Positions 8,459 through 16,250 of a DNA stretch of 32,000 nt are shown here, piece by piece; position 1 is the stretch's first letter, and each line of letters opens with the position of its first letter. The stretch is from an uncultured bacterium. GTDB lineage: Bacteria > Auribacterota > Erginobacteria > Erginobacterales > CAZKCI01. The notes beneath the pieces were generated by a model, which made no database searches, was not told the origin of the DNA, and was given only the letters and a program-made list of their open reading frames with translations. A program made the translations under genes and the position numbers. Location of the stretch: NCBI GenBank assembly GCA_964551475.1, contig CAZKCI010000027.1, positions 45,050 through 77,049 of the forward strand, given 5' to 3'.

Positions 8459-8501
8459 GAATAGCCGTCCGCCCCGTTCCAGACGGGCCGGACGGCTATT
8501 C
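8459..8501 (-). terminator. Strong hairpin spanning the stop codon of the 8496-9953 gene (terminator-like, no clear U tract)
   Basis: gaatagccgtccg-c-cccgt-tccag-acggg-c-cggacggctattc: 13-bp perfect stem, one mismatch, 5-bp stem, 5-nt loop. Confidence 0.5.
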
Positions 8502-9953
8502 GACGGTGAGCTTCCCTACTTCCCAGTCCTGGATTTCGGGGTTGGTGTAGGGTTCCTTGATGAAGTCCTGCGGGTAGTTCGGCTGAATGATGTTGGTGAC
8601 TTTCTTATTTTCCACGTCCCAGTCCGCCATCTTGACGTAGTTCAGACCGCCGCCTCCGGTGTCGGCGATGATGTAGAGGCCGGCCCTGACCACGTAGTTC
8701 CCCGGAGGGGAGTCGGGGCTCAGCATCAGCGGGCCGGACTCGACCGCGATCTCCTGGTTCAGCGCCCAATTCCGGATCGGGGGATAGAGGGGGACGTCGA
8801 CGTCGATCCTCCCCGCCCGGTCGAACTCGCGGTAGACGTGGACGAACATCTTGTGGGTCGGGAAGAGGGGGGCGGTGAGCTTGTAGACCACCGAGAGCTT
8901 GAAGACATCGCCCCGTTTCACTCTGGTCGGGCCGTCCAGGCGGACAAAGGTGAGCGAGGGCTCTCCGCTGGGCCCGCCCCGGGAGCGCAGACGGAGCATG
9001 GAGAGATAGAAGCTGAAATCCTTTCCGGGCCGCGGAAGGAAAAGCTTGACCGAGCTGATGGCGGAGATGTTGATCGCCCCGCCCGTGTCCATCATGGGGA
9101 CGACCTCACGGACGGTCTCTCCGGGATTGAACCGGATTTCCTTCTTAAAAAGTCTTCCGCTCTTGTCGTTGATCTGGAGGATGACCCGCCCCCCCTCCCC
9201 CCCGGGAATGCCCTGGAGAGCGATCTCCAGGTTGTCATACAGGGACCAGTCGGCGGTACGGGGGCGGAGGGAGAAATAATTCTCGAGGGCGATCGCCGGG
9301 TATTCCCCTTCCGGTTTGATCGTGACCAGCGCCATGGGCGTGTCCCCTTCCTTGAAGAGCGAGATGGTGGCGCCTCGGGGCTCCCAAAAGATCAGGTCCT
9401 GTTCGCTGGCGAAGGTGACCAGGTCGAACTCGGTCGGCGCGGCGGCCGCTCCTTCCTTCTTCTCCGCCGCCTTGACCGAGATCTTCCCCAGGGCGAAGTT
9501 CTTGATCTCGGTGTTGGTGAGGGGTTCCCGGACAAAACGGACCCCTTTCTCGTCCGCGCTGATTTCCATCAGCCCCATCCGCACCTCGTAGTCTCCCGGC
9601 TCCAGATCGTAGGGGATGGACATCCCGAACGGGCCGACCTCGACCACCTGGCCGACCTCCCAGCGGTTGGTCGGGAAGCGGGGGAAGAAATCGGCGTTGA
9701 CACGGACCTCGTTCTGTCCGGCGGGGACGAAGTGCAGGAAAATCTTCTCGCTCTTGTCCACCGGCGCGGTGAGCTGGAAAAAAGCGGATCCGGTGAAAAA
9801 ATCCCCCTGGGAGGCCTCTGTCTGCATCTGGAAGCTGACGAAGGAAACCCGGGGGGAACCCTGGCGAAGAATGGTTTCAGCGGGGGCGGGCGAGGCGAGG
9901 AGGAGCGCCGCGAGAGACAGAAGCGCAGTCAACCATCCGGATGCAGTCTTCAT
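8496..9953 (-). CDS. Secreted/periplasmic protein with two beta-sandwich-like modules flanking a middle domain; unknown function
   Basis: Start MKTASGWLTALLSLAALLLASPAPAET (signal peptide). Modules end in 'REPLTNTEIKNFALGKISV' and 'KEPYTNPEIQDWEVGKLTV'. Confidence 0.75.
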   Translation of the reverse strand: MKTASGWLTALLSLAALLLASPAPAETILRQGSPRVSFVSFQMQTEASQGDFFTGSAFFQLTAPVDKSEKIFLHFVPAGQNEVRVNADFFPRFPTNRWEVGQVVEVGPFGMSIPYDLEPGDYEVRMGLMEISADEKGVRFVREPLTNTEIKNFALGKISVKAAEKKEGAAAAPTEFDLVTFASEQDLIFWEPRGATISLFKEGDTPMALVTIKPEGEYPAIALENYFSLRPRTADWSLYDNLEIALQGIPGGEGGRVILQINDKSGRLFKKEIRFNPGETVREVVPMMDTGGAINISAISSVKLFLPRPGKDFSFYLSMLRLRSRGGPSGEPSLTFVRLDGPTRVKRGDVFKLSVVYKLTAPLFPTHKMFVHVYREFDRAGRIDVDVPLYPPIRNWALNQEIAVESGPLMLSPDSPPGNYVVRAGLYIIADTGGGGLNYVKMADWDVENKKVTNIIQPNYPQDFIKEPYTNPEIQDWEVGKLTVE

Positions 9954-9981
9954 GATGTCAGCCCCCAGCATGAGGAATCGC

Positions 9982-10114
9982 GTCGATGGGCAAGGGCCAG
10001 GTTATTGGTCTGGTTCATGGGCAAAGTCATGGGGCGCGCAACGTAACAGCCCTGCCATCACTACCGACATTGCCCAGGCCCGAACCTTTGACCTTACCCT
10101 TACCCATTTTACCT
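9982..10114. repeat. Interspersed inverted-repeat element, family E copy 1
   Basis: Left arm 9982-10026 gtcgatgggcaagggccaggttattggtctggttcatgggcaaag; right part from 10079 cccgaacctttgaccttacccttacccattttacc. Left arm matches copy 2 at about 38/45 and copy 3 at 34/45. Confidence 0.8.
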
Positions 10115-11150
10115 ATTTTTTAGGGCCCGTCACCTGGATTTTGCTCACCCGGAACTCCTTGAGCTCCGGGTTCTCATACGGCTGAAAATAGTACTGGAAA
10201 CGGCCGGCGACCTCCAGGGGATGGGCGAGGATCGCTTCCAGGTCGTAGGTACCCGGGGGAAGGTCGGCCGGGAGGGCGACCTCCACCGGGCCGACCTTGA
10301 CCAGCTTGCCCTCCGGCCACTGGCTGGTCGGGAAGGGGGGCGAGACCTCGGCCAGCGTGCGGACATTGCCCTCCCGGCTCAAACGGAGAAGCAGGGTGTG
10401 ATCGGATCCCAGGGGACGGCGGGCGATGAAGTAGAACGATCCCGCAAATTTCTCGCCGGGCGAGGCGGAGGCGGGGAATTCCAGACCCATGAAACGGACC
10501 AGCGCCGTCGACGGCGCTTCCTGGGCGGAAGAGGGAAAACCGATATCGGTGTAATAAAGGACCGTCTCCGAGGAGGGGTCCCAGAGGAAGAAGTTCAGGT
10601 AGCCGATCTTGCTGGCGTCGATCCTCTCCGCGATCTGGCGGACGGGGATCTCGATCCGGCGGGACTGGCCGGGGGCGATCTTCTCCGCCCTCTGGAAGCT
10701 CTGGCCGCCGACGTCCTTGACCTTGACCTTGAGATCGACGTCGAAGGACTGGGGGTTGAAAACCGTGAAGAACAGGGAGGCGGCATCCCTCCAGTCCATC
10801 GTCGGCATGGTGTCGTCGGTCCAGAGGAATCCGGGCGACTGGGAAGGGTAGTAGGTCACCCGGGCCCACTTCTCCGGCGAGTCGAAGGGGCTGTTGACGA
10901 TCTCGAAGCGGGTGCCGGCGGTCACCCAGATCTCGGCGTCTTCGGGTCGGGAGAAATCGCAGCGGAAACCGGCCATGTTCTTCGCCTTGACTCCGGAGAC
11001 GATCGCCACCGGCTCGCGCTTGATCTTTTTCAGCCAGGAGGGCAGCTGGGCGATCCGGTCCTTGAGGAAGAGGCCCAGGACCAGGAGCACCAGGACGACC
11101 CAGGCCGCGGTCATGACCCGGTTGACCCATGTTTTTCTTATGGTTTTCAC
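10113..11150 (-). CDS. Single-pass membrane protein sharing the C-terminal module of the 8496-9953 protein; unknown function
   Basis: N-terminal TM (MTAAWVVLVLLVLGLFL); C-terminal 'KLVKVGPVEVALPADLPPGTYDLEA...PYENPELKEFRVSKIQV' aligns with 'QVVEVGPFGMSIPYDLEPGDYEVRM...PLTNTEIKNFALGKISV' of the neighbour. Confidence 0.75.
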   Translation of the reverse strand: MKTIRKTWVNRVMTAAWVVLVLLVLGLFLKDRIAQLPSWLKKIKREPVAIVSGVKAKNMAGFRCDFSRPEDAEIWVTAGTRFEIVNSPFDSPEKWARVTYYPSQSPGFLWTDDTMPTMDWRDAASLFFTVFNPQSFDVDLKVKVKDVGGQSFQRAEKIAPGQSRRIEIPVRQIAERIDASKIGYLNFFLWDPSSETVLYYTDIGFPSSAQEAPSTALVRFMGLEFPASASPGEKFAGSFYFIARRPLGSDHTLLLRLSREGNVRTLAEVSPPFPTSQWPEGKLVKVGPVEVALPADLPPGTYDLEAILAHPLEVAGRFQYYFQPYENPELKEFRVSKIQVTGPKK

Positions 11151-11221
11151 TTGTAAACTAATATAATACTTCCCCGGTCCTGTTTCCGCAACCTGGAAGC
11201 GCTGGCGGCCCGGCTAAAATC

Positions 11222-11249
11222 TTGACACGCTTACCTCCGATACTATACA
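11222..11249 (+). promoter_or_regulatory. Putative sigma70-type promoter for the motor-like operon
   Basis: TTGACA (11222-11227), 16-nt spacer, TATACA (11244-11249); GGAAGGAG ribosome-binding region upstream of ATG 11298. Confidence 0.6.
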
Positions 11250-11297
11250 TTGGCGTGAAGAATCCGGCGCCGGAGGCGCAGGAAGGAGACGTTCACG

Positions 11298-12215
11298 ATG
11301 CGCTTGGCTTTCCTGACCATACTCATCCTCGCGACACTTCCGGGCCAAACCCGGGCGCAACAGCCTGACTCCCCGGAGATGGCCGATCGCACCGACCTGG
11401 AGTCCGTCTGGAAGCGCTCCGGACGGACGACCCGGGTCATCGACTACCCCTTCAGCCCCCGCCCCTGGATCTCCAGCGGTCCCGACCTTCGGGACTGGGG
11501 AAACCAGGGCTACATCTTCATCAACCCGCGGATCGAAGACCGGGCGCGGACCCTTCCCGCCCCCACCCCGGAAGAGGGGCTGACCGCCGTGGAAACGGTC
11601 GAAGCGGAGGAGATCGCCCGCATGCTGGAGGAGGAAAAAGGACGGCGGGGGGCCCTGGAGGCGGAGATCAAAGCGGCGCAGGAGGAGCTCCAGGCGGCCC
11701 GGGAGAAAACCGAAGATCAGTCGGCCAAGATCTTGATTCTCGAAAACCAGATCGAGGAGATGGAAAAGCAGAAGGGCGCCGTGACGGCTGAATGGACAGG
11801 GGAGACCGGCGGAACCGGCGGACCGCCAGCCGCCGGACTTATCGTGGAGAAGACGGACACCTACCCGGTCGGTCAGGACCAGAGCCTGTGGTCGATTGCC
11901 GGGCGGGCCGAGGTCTACGGGAACCCCTTCAAATGGCTCCTTCTCTACCACGCCAACCGCGACCAGATCTTCGACCCCGACCTGATCTATCCCGGCATGA
12001 TCCTGATGGTTCCCCGCTATAAGGACCTGGAGGTTTTCCCGCCCCCGCCGGCGGAAGAGAAAGCGGCGGCGACGGAGCCGGCAGAGGAAGGAGCGGCGGC
12101 GGCGACGCCCGCTTTGACGGAGGAAACCCCTGTTGCCAAGCCCCCGGCGACTTCTCCGGCGAACGCCACCCAGGCTCCAGAAATGCCGGCGCCAAATCCG
12201 TCACCTCTGTCCTGA
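11298..12215 (+). CDS. Secreted coiled-coil protein with C-terminal LysM-like peptidoglycan-binding domain
   Basis: Signal peptide MRLAFLTILILATLPGQTRAQ; coiled coil 'EAEEIARMLEEEKGRRGALEAEIKAAQEEL...'; LysM-like 'YPVGQDQSLWSIAGRAEVYGNPFKWLLLYHANRDQIFDPDLIYPGMILMVPR'. Confidence 0.85.
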   Translation: MRLAFLTILILATLPGQTRAQQPDSPEMADRTDLESVWKRSGRTTRVIDYPFSPRPWISSGPDLRDWGNQGYIFINPRIEDRARTLPAPTPEEGLTAVETVEAEEIARMLEEEKGRRGALEAEIKAAQEELQAAREKTEDQSAKILILENQIEEMEKQKGAVTAEWTGETGGTGGPPAAGLIVEKTDTYPVGQDQSLWSIAGRAEVYGNPFKWLLLYHANRDQIFDPDLIYPGMILMVPRYKDLEVFPPPPAEEKAAATEPAEEGAAAATPALTEETPVAKPPATSPANATQAPEMPAPNPSPLS

Positions 12216-12245
12216 TCACCGATCACTGATTACTTTTTACTGTTT
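12216..12245. repeat. Short word repeat related to 5093-5132 (GATCACCGATCACTGATTAC)
   Basis: gatcaccgatcactgattac; the reverse complement shares AATCAGTGATC with AAGCAGTGATC in the 5093 element (10/11). Confidence 0.5.
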
Positions 12246-12258
12246 CTTCCCGGGAGAC

Positions 12259-14358
12259 ATGAGCGCAGTGATCCGATCCCGCATAACCTTTCTGATCCTG
12301 GCCGCCGCCGGCTTCCTCTACGCTCCCCTTCTCCCCTCCCAGCAGAGAGCGGACGAATCCCAGGTGGAGACGGCGCTCCAGCAAAAGCTCCAGTCGATGC
12401 TGGACGTCCTGGTCGGCCCCCAGCGCACAATCGTCGACGTCGACGTCACCCTCCGGGACACCGCCACGGCGAACGAGGTGAGTAACCGCGTCCGCGCAAT
12501 GACATCTCTCTCCGGCGTCCGCACCAGCGTGAAAAAGGAGGAGGCGGGGGCCGCCGACGGAGACCTCCTGGAACCCCTGATCTCGAGCCGCCATATCTCG
12601 GTCCAGGCCGACGAAAAGCTCGCCGCCGAGCTGATCGAGAAGATCAAAACCGAGGTCCCCAAGTGGGCCCGGATCAATCCCGGCCGCGGCGACACCTTCA
12701 AGCTGGAGCTCATTCCCTGGCGGGAGATCGTCTCCCCCCCCTCCGCCACCCAGCAGAACTACCTCCTCTACTCCATTTTGGCCATGGTCGTCCTGCTCAT
12801 CCTGATCGCCGCCATCTACTTCCCCCTGAGAAAGCTCAAGATGCCGGAGACAACCCCCCCGGGAGCAATCCCCGGAACACCGGCCGCACCCCGAGGACCG
12901 GGCGAAGAGGCCGCCGGAGGCCCCGGTGAAGAAGAAAAGCGCAAACAGCGCACCGAAGAACTCGATGAATTGAAGCAGGTCTTCGCCGGGGCGGCGAACA
13001 TCGACCAGAGCGGCGTCCTGGAGGAGATCAGGAACATGATCGAGAAGGGCCTCTCCCGCACGCCGGCCCAGATCGACTCAATCCTGGAGGAGATCAAGGA
13101 CATCCTCTCCAAGACCCCCCAGGAGTCGGACACACTCCTGACCGAGATCCGCGACACGCTGGCCGACATGCTGGATGCCCAGAAGAAGCTCACGGCGATG
13201 GGCGGGCTGGGCGCGGGAACCGGGACCGGCGCGGCGGCCCCGGGCGCCGCGCCCGCCGCCGCGCCGGCCGCCCGGGCGGAAGCCGCGGGGCGGGCCGCCG
13301 GGGACGGCGGCTTCGGCCCCGAGGTGGTCGAGGTCCTGGGCAACATCGAGGACCTGATGGCCCAGCAGTTGGAGAAGACACCGGAGAGCGGCATCCTGGA
13401 CGAGCCCTTCAAGTACCTGAAGACCCTTCCGCCCGAAGACGTCGTCATGCTGGTCGAGGACGAGGAGCCGAAGCTCGCGGCCGCCGTCCTCTCCCAGATC
13501 GACTCCAAATCCGCCGCCGACGTGATGGCGGGGATCGAGGAGGAAAAGCAGTTCGAGATCGCCCGGGCGATGACGGGCCTGGTCGAGACGGAGGACCTGG
13601 CCGAGGAGATCAAGGACTTCCTGGAACGCAAGCTCAAGATCGTCCGCCTGCACAAGGACTACATCCCGGTCCTCGGTTACCGGGTCCTGGCCGACATTCT
13701 GTCCTCCAGCCGCTACGCGGTGGCCCGGGTCCTCCTGGACAAGATGGAGTCCAAGAACCCGGCCATGGCCGCCGAGGTGCGCAAACGGATGTTCCTCTTC
13801 GAGGACGTGGTCACCCTGACCGACAAGGACCTCGAGGCCCTGATCCACAACCTCCCCCGGGAGATGGTCTCCTGCGCCCTGGCCGACTCCCCGGAGGAGA
13901 TCCGGAACAAGTTCCTCCAGAACATGACCGAGCGCGCCCGCCAGATGATCCAGGAGGACATGGAGACGCTGAAGAAGGTCCAGCTCGAGAAGGACGGCAA
14001 GGAGATGAACTTCAACGAGGCCATGCTCGCCCTCGATCAGAACGTGATCGAGGAGATCTTCCGGACGGTGGACCGCAACGTGGTCAAGATGGCCCTGCGC
14101 GGGGGCTCCGACGAGGTGCGGGAGAAGTTCTTCGCGGGTCTGACCGAGCGGGCGGTGGTGATGCTCAAGGAGGACCTGGAGGTGATGGGCCAGATCACGC
14201 GCAAGCGCGCCGACGAGGCTCAGGAAGAGGTGATGAACGTCCTCCGCAAGCTCTCCAGCAAGACGCTGGAGGCCCAGCACGAGATCATCGCCACCATCCG
14301 CAAGCTCGAGAAGGAAGGGCAGATCAGCGTCGAGCGCTTTCAGGAAGAGATGGTTTAG
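12259..14358 (+). CDS. FliF-FliG-like fusion: signal peptide, FliF C-terminal/RBM3-like periplasmic domain, one TM, charged linker, FliG middle domain, duplicated FliG C-terminal motif
   Basis: 'LQQKLQSMLDVLVGPQRTIVDVDVTLRD...IEKIKTEVPKWARINPGRGDTFKLELIPW', TM 'NYLLYSILAMVVLLILIAAIYFPL'; FliG-like 'LPPEDVVMLVEDEEPKLAAAVLSQIDSKSAADVMAGI', 'EEVRKRMFLFEDVVTL'-type motif (here AAEVRKRMFLFEDVVTLTDKDL), 'EEIRNKFLQNMTERARQMIQEDME' and 'DEVREKFFAGLTERAVVMLKEDLE'. Confidence 0.85.
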   Translation: MSAVIRSRITFLILAAAGFLYAPLLPSQQRADESQVETALQQKLQSMLDVLVGPQRTIVDVDVTLRDTATANEVSNRVRAMTSLSGVRTSVKKEEAGAADGDLLEPLISSRHISVQADEKLAAELIEKIKTEVPKWARINPGRGDTFKLELIPWREIVSPPSATQQNYLLYSILAMVVLLILIAAIYFPLRKLKMPETTPPGAIPGTPAAPRGPGEEAAGGPGEEEKRKQRTEELDELKQVFAGAANIDQSGVLEEIRNMIEKGLSRTPAQIDSILEEIKDILSKTPQESDTLLTEIRDTLADMLDAQKKLTAMGGLGAGTGTGAAAPGAAPAAAPAARAEAAGRAAGDGGFGPEVVEVLGNIEDLMAQQLEKTPESGILDEPFKYLKTLPPEDVVMLVEDEEPKLAAAVLSQIDSKSAADVMAGIEEEKQFEIARAMTGLVETEDLAEEIKDFLERKLKIVRLHKDYIPVLGYRVLADILSSSRYAVARVLLDKMESKNPAMAAEVRKRMFLFEDVVTLTDKDLEALIHNLPREMVSCALADSPEEIRNKFLQNMTERARQMIQEDMETLKKVQLEKDGKEMNFNEAMLALDQNVIEEIFRTVDRNVVKMALRGGSDEVREKFFAGLTERAVVMLKEDLEVMGQITRKRADEAQEEVMNVLRKLSSKTLEAQHEIIATIRKLEKEGQISVERFQEEMV

Positions 14359-14359
14359 T

Positions 14360-14560
14360 ATGATCAAACTCACCAGACTGAACGGGCAGGAGATGATCAT
14401 CAACGCCGATCTGATCGAGCTGATCGAGGCGAGGCCTGACACCATCGTCACCATGAACACGGGGGAGAAATACATCGTCCGGGAAGCGGTGGACGACATC
14501 ATCGCCCGGATCTCCCGTTACAAGCAGAGCCTCAGTCAACCCCCACCAACCAACGAATAG
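14360..14560 (+). CDS. flbD: Flagellar protein FlbD/SwrD family
   Basis: 66 aa MIKLTRLNGQEMIINADLIELIEARPDTIVTMNTGEKYIVREAVDDIIARI, immediately before motA. Confidence 0.92.
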   Translation: MIKLTRLNGQEMIINADLIELIEARPDTIVTMNTGEKYIVREAVDDIIARISRYKQSLSQPPPTNE

Positions 14561-14569
14561 GGCTGCTCC

Positions 14570-15325
14570 ATGCGCGCATCCACGATCATCGGCCTCATCG
14601 CAGCTTTTATCATCGTTTTCCTGTCCATTTTTCTCCGGGGGGGGATGCCGATGGTCATGCTTTTCGTCGACATCCCTTCCATGATCCTGACCGGCGGCTG
14701 CACCGTCGCCTGCATGTTCATCAACTTCACGCCCCGCCAGCTCTGGGATGGACTGCTCTCCTTCCGCTATTGCCTGGTGAGCAAGATGGCCACCCCAGCG
14801 GACGTGATCGAGGTCCTGGTAGAAATGGCGGTCAAGGCCCGCAAGGAGGGCTTCATGGCCCTGCGCGAGCTCTCCACCAAGGGGCGCTACCCCCTCCTCG
14901 ACATCGGCGTGGACCTGGTCGCCGACGGGACCGACCCCGAGGTGACCCGGGGCATCCTGGAGACGGTCTCCGACTACATCAACGTCAAGATCTCGGGCGA
15001 AGAGCGTTTCTGGCGAGACATGTCGATCTACGCCCCCTTCTTCGGGATGCTGGGGACGCTGGTGGGACTGATCATGCTTCTGAAGACACTGAAGGACCCG
15101 GAGACGATCGCCCCCAACATGTCGCTCGCCCTGGTCACCACGTTCTATGGCTGCGTCATCGCCGGCATCATTTGCATGCCGGTCGCGGGCAAGATCCACG
15201 TCTACAACACCAACCTGGCCTTGAGCCGCGAGATCATCATCGAAGGGATCGCGTCCATCCAGGCCGGCGACAACTCCCAGATCGTCCGCGAGAAGCTCCA
15301 GGCCTATCTCGCGGGGCTACAGTAA
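14570..15325 (+). CDS. motA: MotA-family ion-channel stator protein
   Basis: 'LFVDIPSMILTGGCTVACMFI', 'REGFMALRELSTKGRYPLLDIGVDLVADGTDPEVTRGILE'-type cytoplasmic domain, 'YAPFFGMLGTLVGLIMLLKTLKDPETIAPNMSLALVTTFYGCVIAGIICMPVAGKI'. Confidence 0.93.
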   Translation: MRASTIIGLIAAFIIVFLSIFLRGGMPMVMLFVDIPSMILTGGCTVACMFINFTPRQLWDGLLSFRYCLVSKMATPADVIEVLVEMAVKARKEGFMALRELSTKGRYPLLDIGVDLVADGTDPEVTRGILETVSDYINVKISGEERFWRDMSIYAPFFGMLGTLVGLIMLLKTLKDPETIAPNMSLALVTTFYGCVIAGIICMPVAGKIHVYNTNLALSREIIIEGIASIQAGDNSQIVREKLQAYLAGLQ

Positions 15326-15354
15326 AAGTAAGGAAGACCGGGGAAACCGGGGGT

Positions 15355-15370
15355 GGGGCGGAAGCGCCCC
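15355..15370 (+). promoter_or_regulatory. Small GC hairpin in the motA-motB intergenic gap
   Basis: ggggcg-gaag-cgcccc perfect 6-bp stem with 4-nt loop; no U tract. Confidence 0.3.
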
Positions 15371-15423
15371 CTCTCGTTTCCGCCGTGGTATATTTCCAGG
15401 AGCAGGTGGAGCGTCGATATCCT

Positions 15424-16245
15424 ATGCCCGTAGAGGACAAGCCGGTTCCGCGCGAACGCAAGCGGGTCAACCCCGACCAGGAGGGCGGCGGGCTCTCCTC
15501 CTCCTGGCCGCCCGTCTGGATGACCACCTACTCCGACATGATCACCAACCTGATGACCTTCTTCGTGCTCCTCTACGCCCTGACCATGGTGAGGATCCCC
15601 TTCGATCTGGTCAAGTTCGCTGAACCGGGAGACAAGCGCATTGTGCCCACCGGCAGCGAGGATTTTTTCTACACCGATGAAACCCAGTCAGCAGATGATA
15701 TCCAGGTTCTGGAGCAGATCGAACGGATGACGGCGGAAGACCGGCTGGCCTTGAGCGAGATGGCGACGTTCCAGGAGCAGGTGGAAGAACTGAAGCGGAC
15801 ACTGGAAAAGGGGAGGCTCGCCGACGGCGTAAAGGTGTTGATCACCGCCGAAGACGTGGTCATTGTCCCTTCCGCGCCCCTGATTTTCGCGGAAGGCTCG
15901 GACCGGATCAAAGAGTCCTTTTTCCCCATCCTCGACCGTCTGGCGGGGCTGATCAAGGATACCAAAGCCTCCGTCCGTATCGAGGGGCACACCGACGACA
16001 CGCCGATCGACCCCCTCCACCGGAACCGTTTCCCCAGCAACTACGAGCTCTCCGCCGCCCGGGCGATCGCCGTCGGCCGCTATTTTATCGAAAAGCACGC
16101 CGTGCCTCCCGAGCGGATCGCCGTGGCCGGCTACGGCCCCCTCCTCCCCCGCTTCCTGGCCAGCGAGCCCGAGAAGCGGGCGCTCAACCGCCGGGTCGAG
16201 TTCCATATTTTCATATCTTCGGCGACCCTCTCGAAAGAGGGCTGA
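15424..16245 (+). CDS. motB: MotB-family stator protein (copy 1) with OmpA-like peptidoglycan-binding domain
   Basis: 'WPPVWMTTYSDMITNLMTFFVLLYAL' (channel Asp) and 'VRIEGHTDDTPIDPLHRNRFPSNYELSAARAIAVGRYFIEKHAVPPERIAVAGYGP...NRRVEFHI'. Confidence 0.9.
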   Translation: MPVEDKPVPRERKRVNPDQEGGGLSSSWPPVWMTTYSDMITNLMTFFVLLYALTMVRIPFDLVKFAEPGDKRIVPTGSEDFFYTDETQSADDIQVLEQIERMTAEDRLALSEMATFQEQVEELKRTLEKGRLADGVKVLITAEDVVIVPSAPLIFAEGSDRIKESFFPILDRLAGLIKDTKASVRIEGHTDDTPIDPLHRNRFPSNYELSAARAIAVGRYFIEKHAVPPERIAVAGYGPLLPRFLASEPEKRALNRRVEFHIFISSATLSKEG

Positions 16246-16250
16246 ACGCG

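Noticed and set aside
13078-14502. Minus-strand 474-aa ORF opposite the FliF/FliG fusion
   Set aside because: His/Leu/Val-rich mirror translation of the FliG-like frame; no plausible motifs.
14770-15423. N-terminal extension of the MotB copy 1 ORF
   Set aside because: It overlaps motA out of frame and is Gly/Arg/Pro-rich; the MotB domain starts after Met at 15424.
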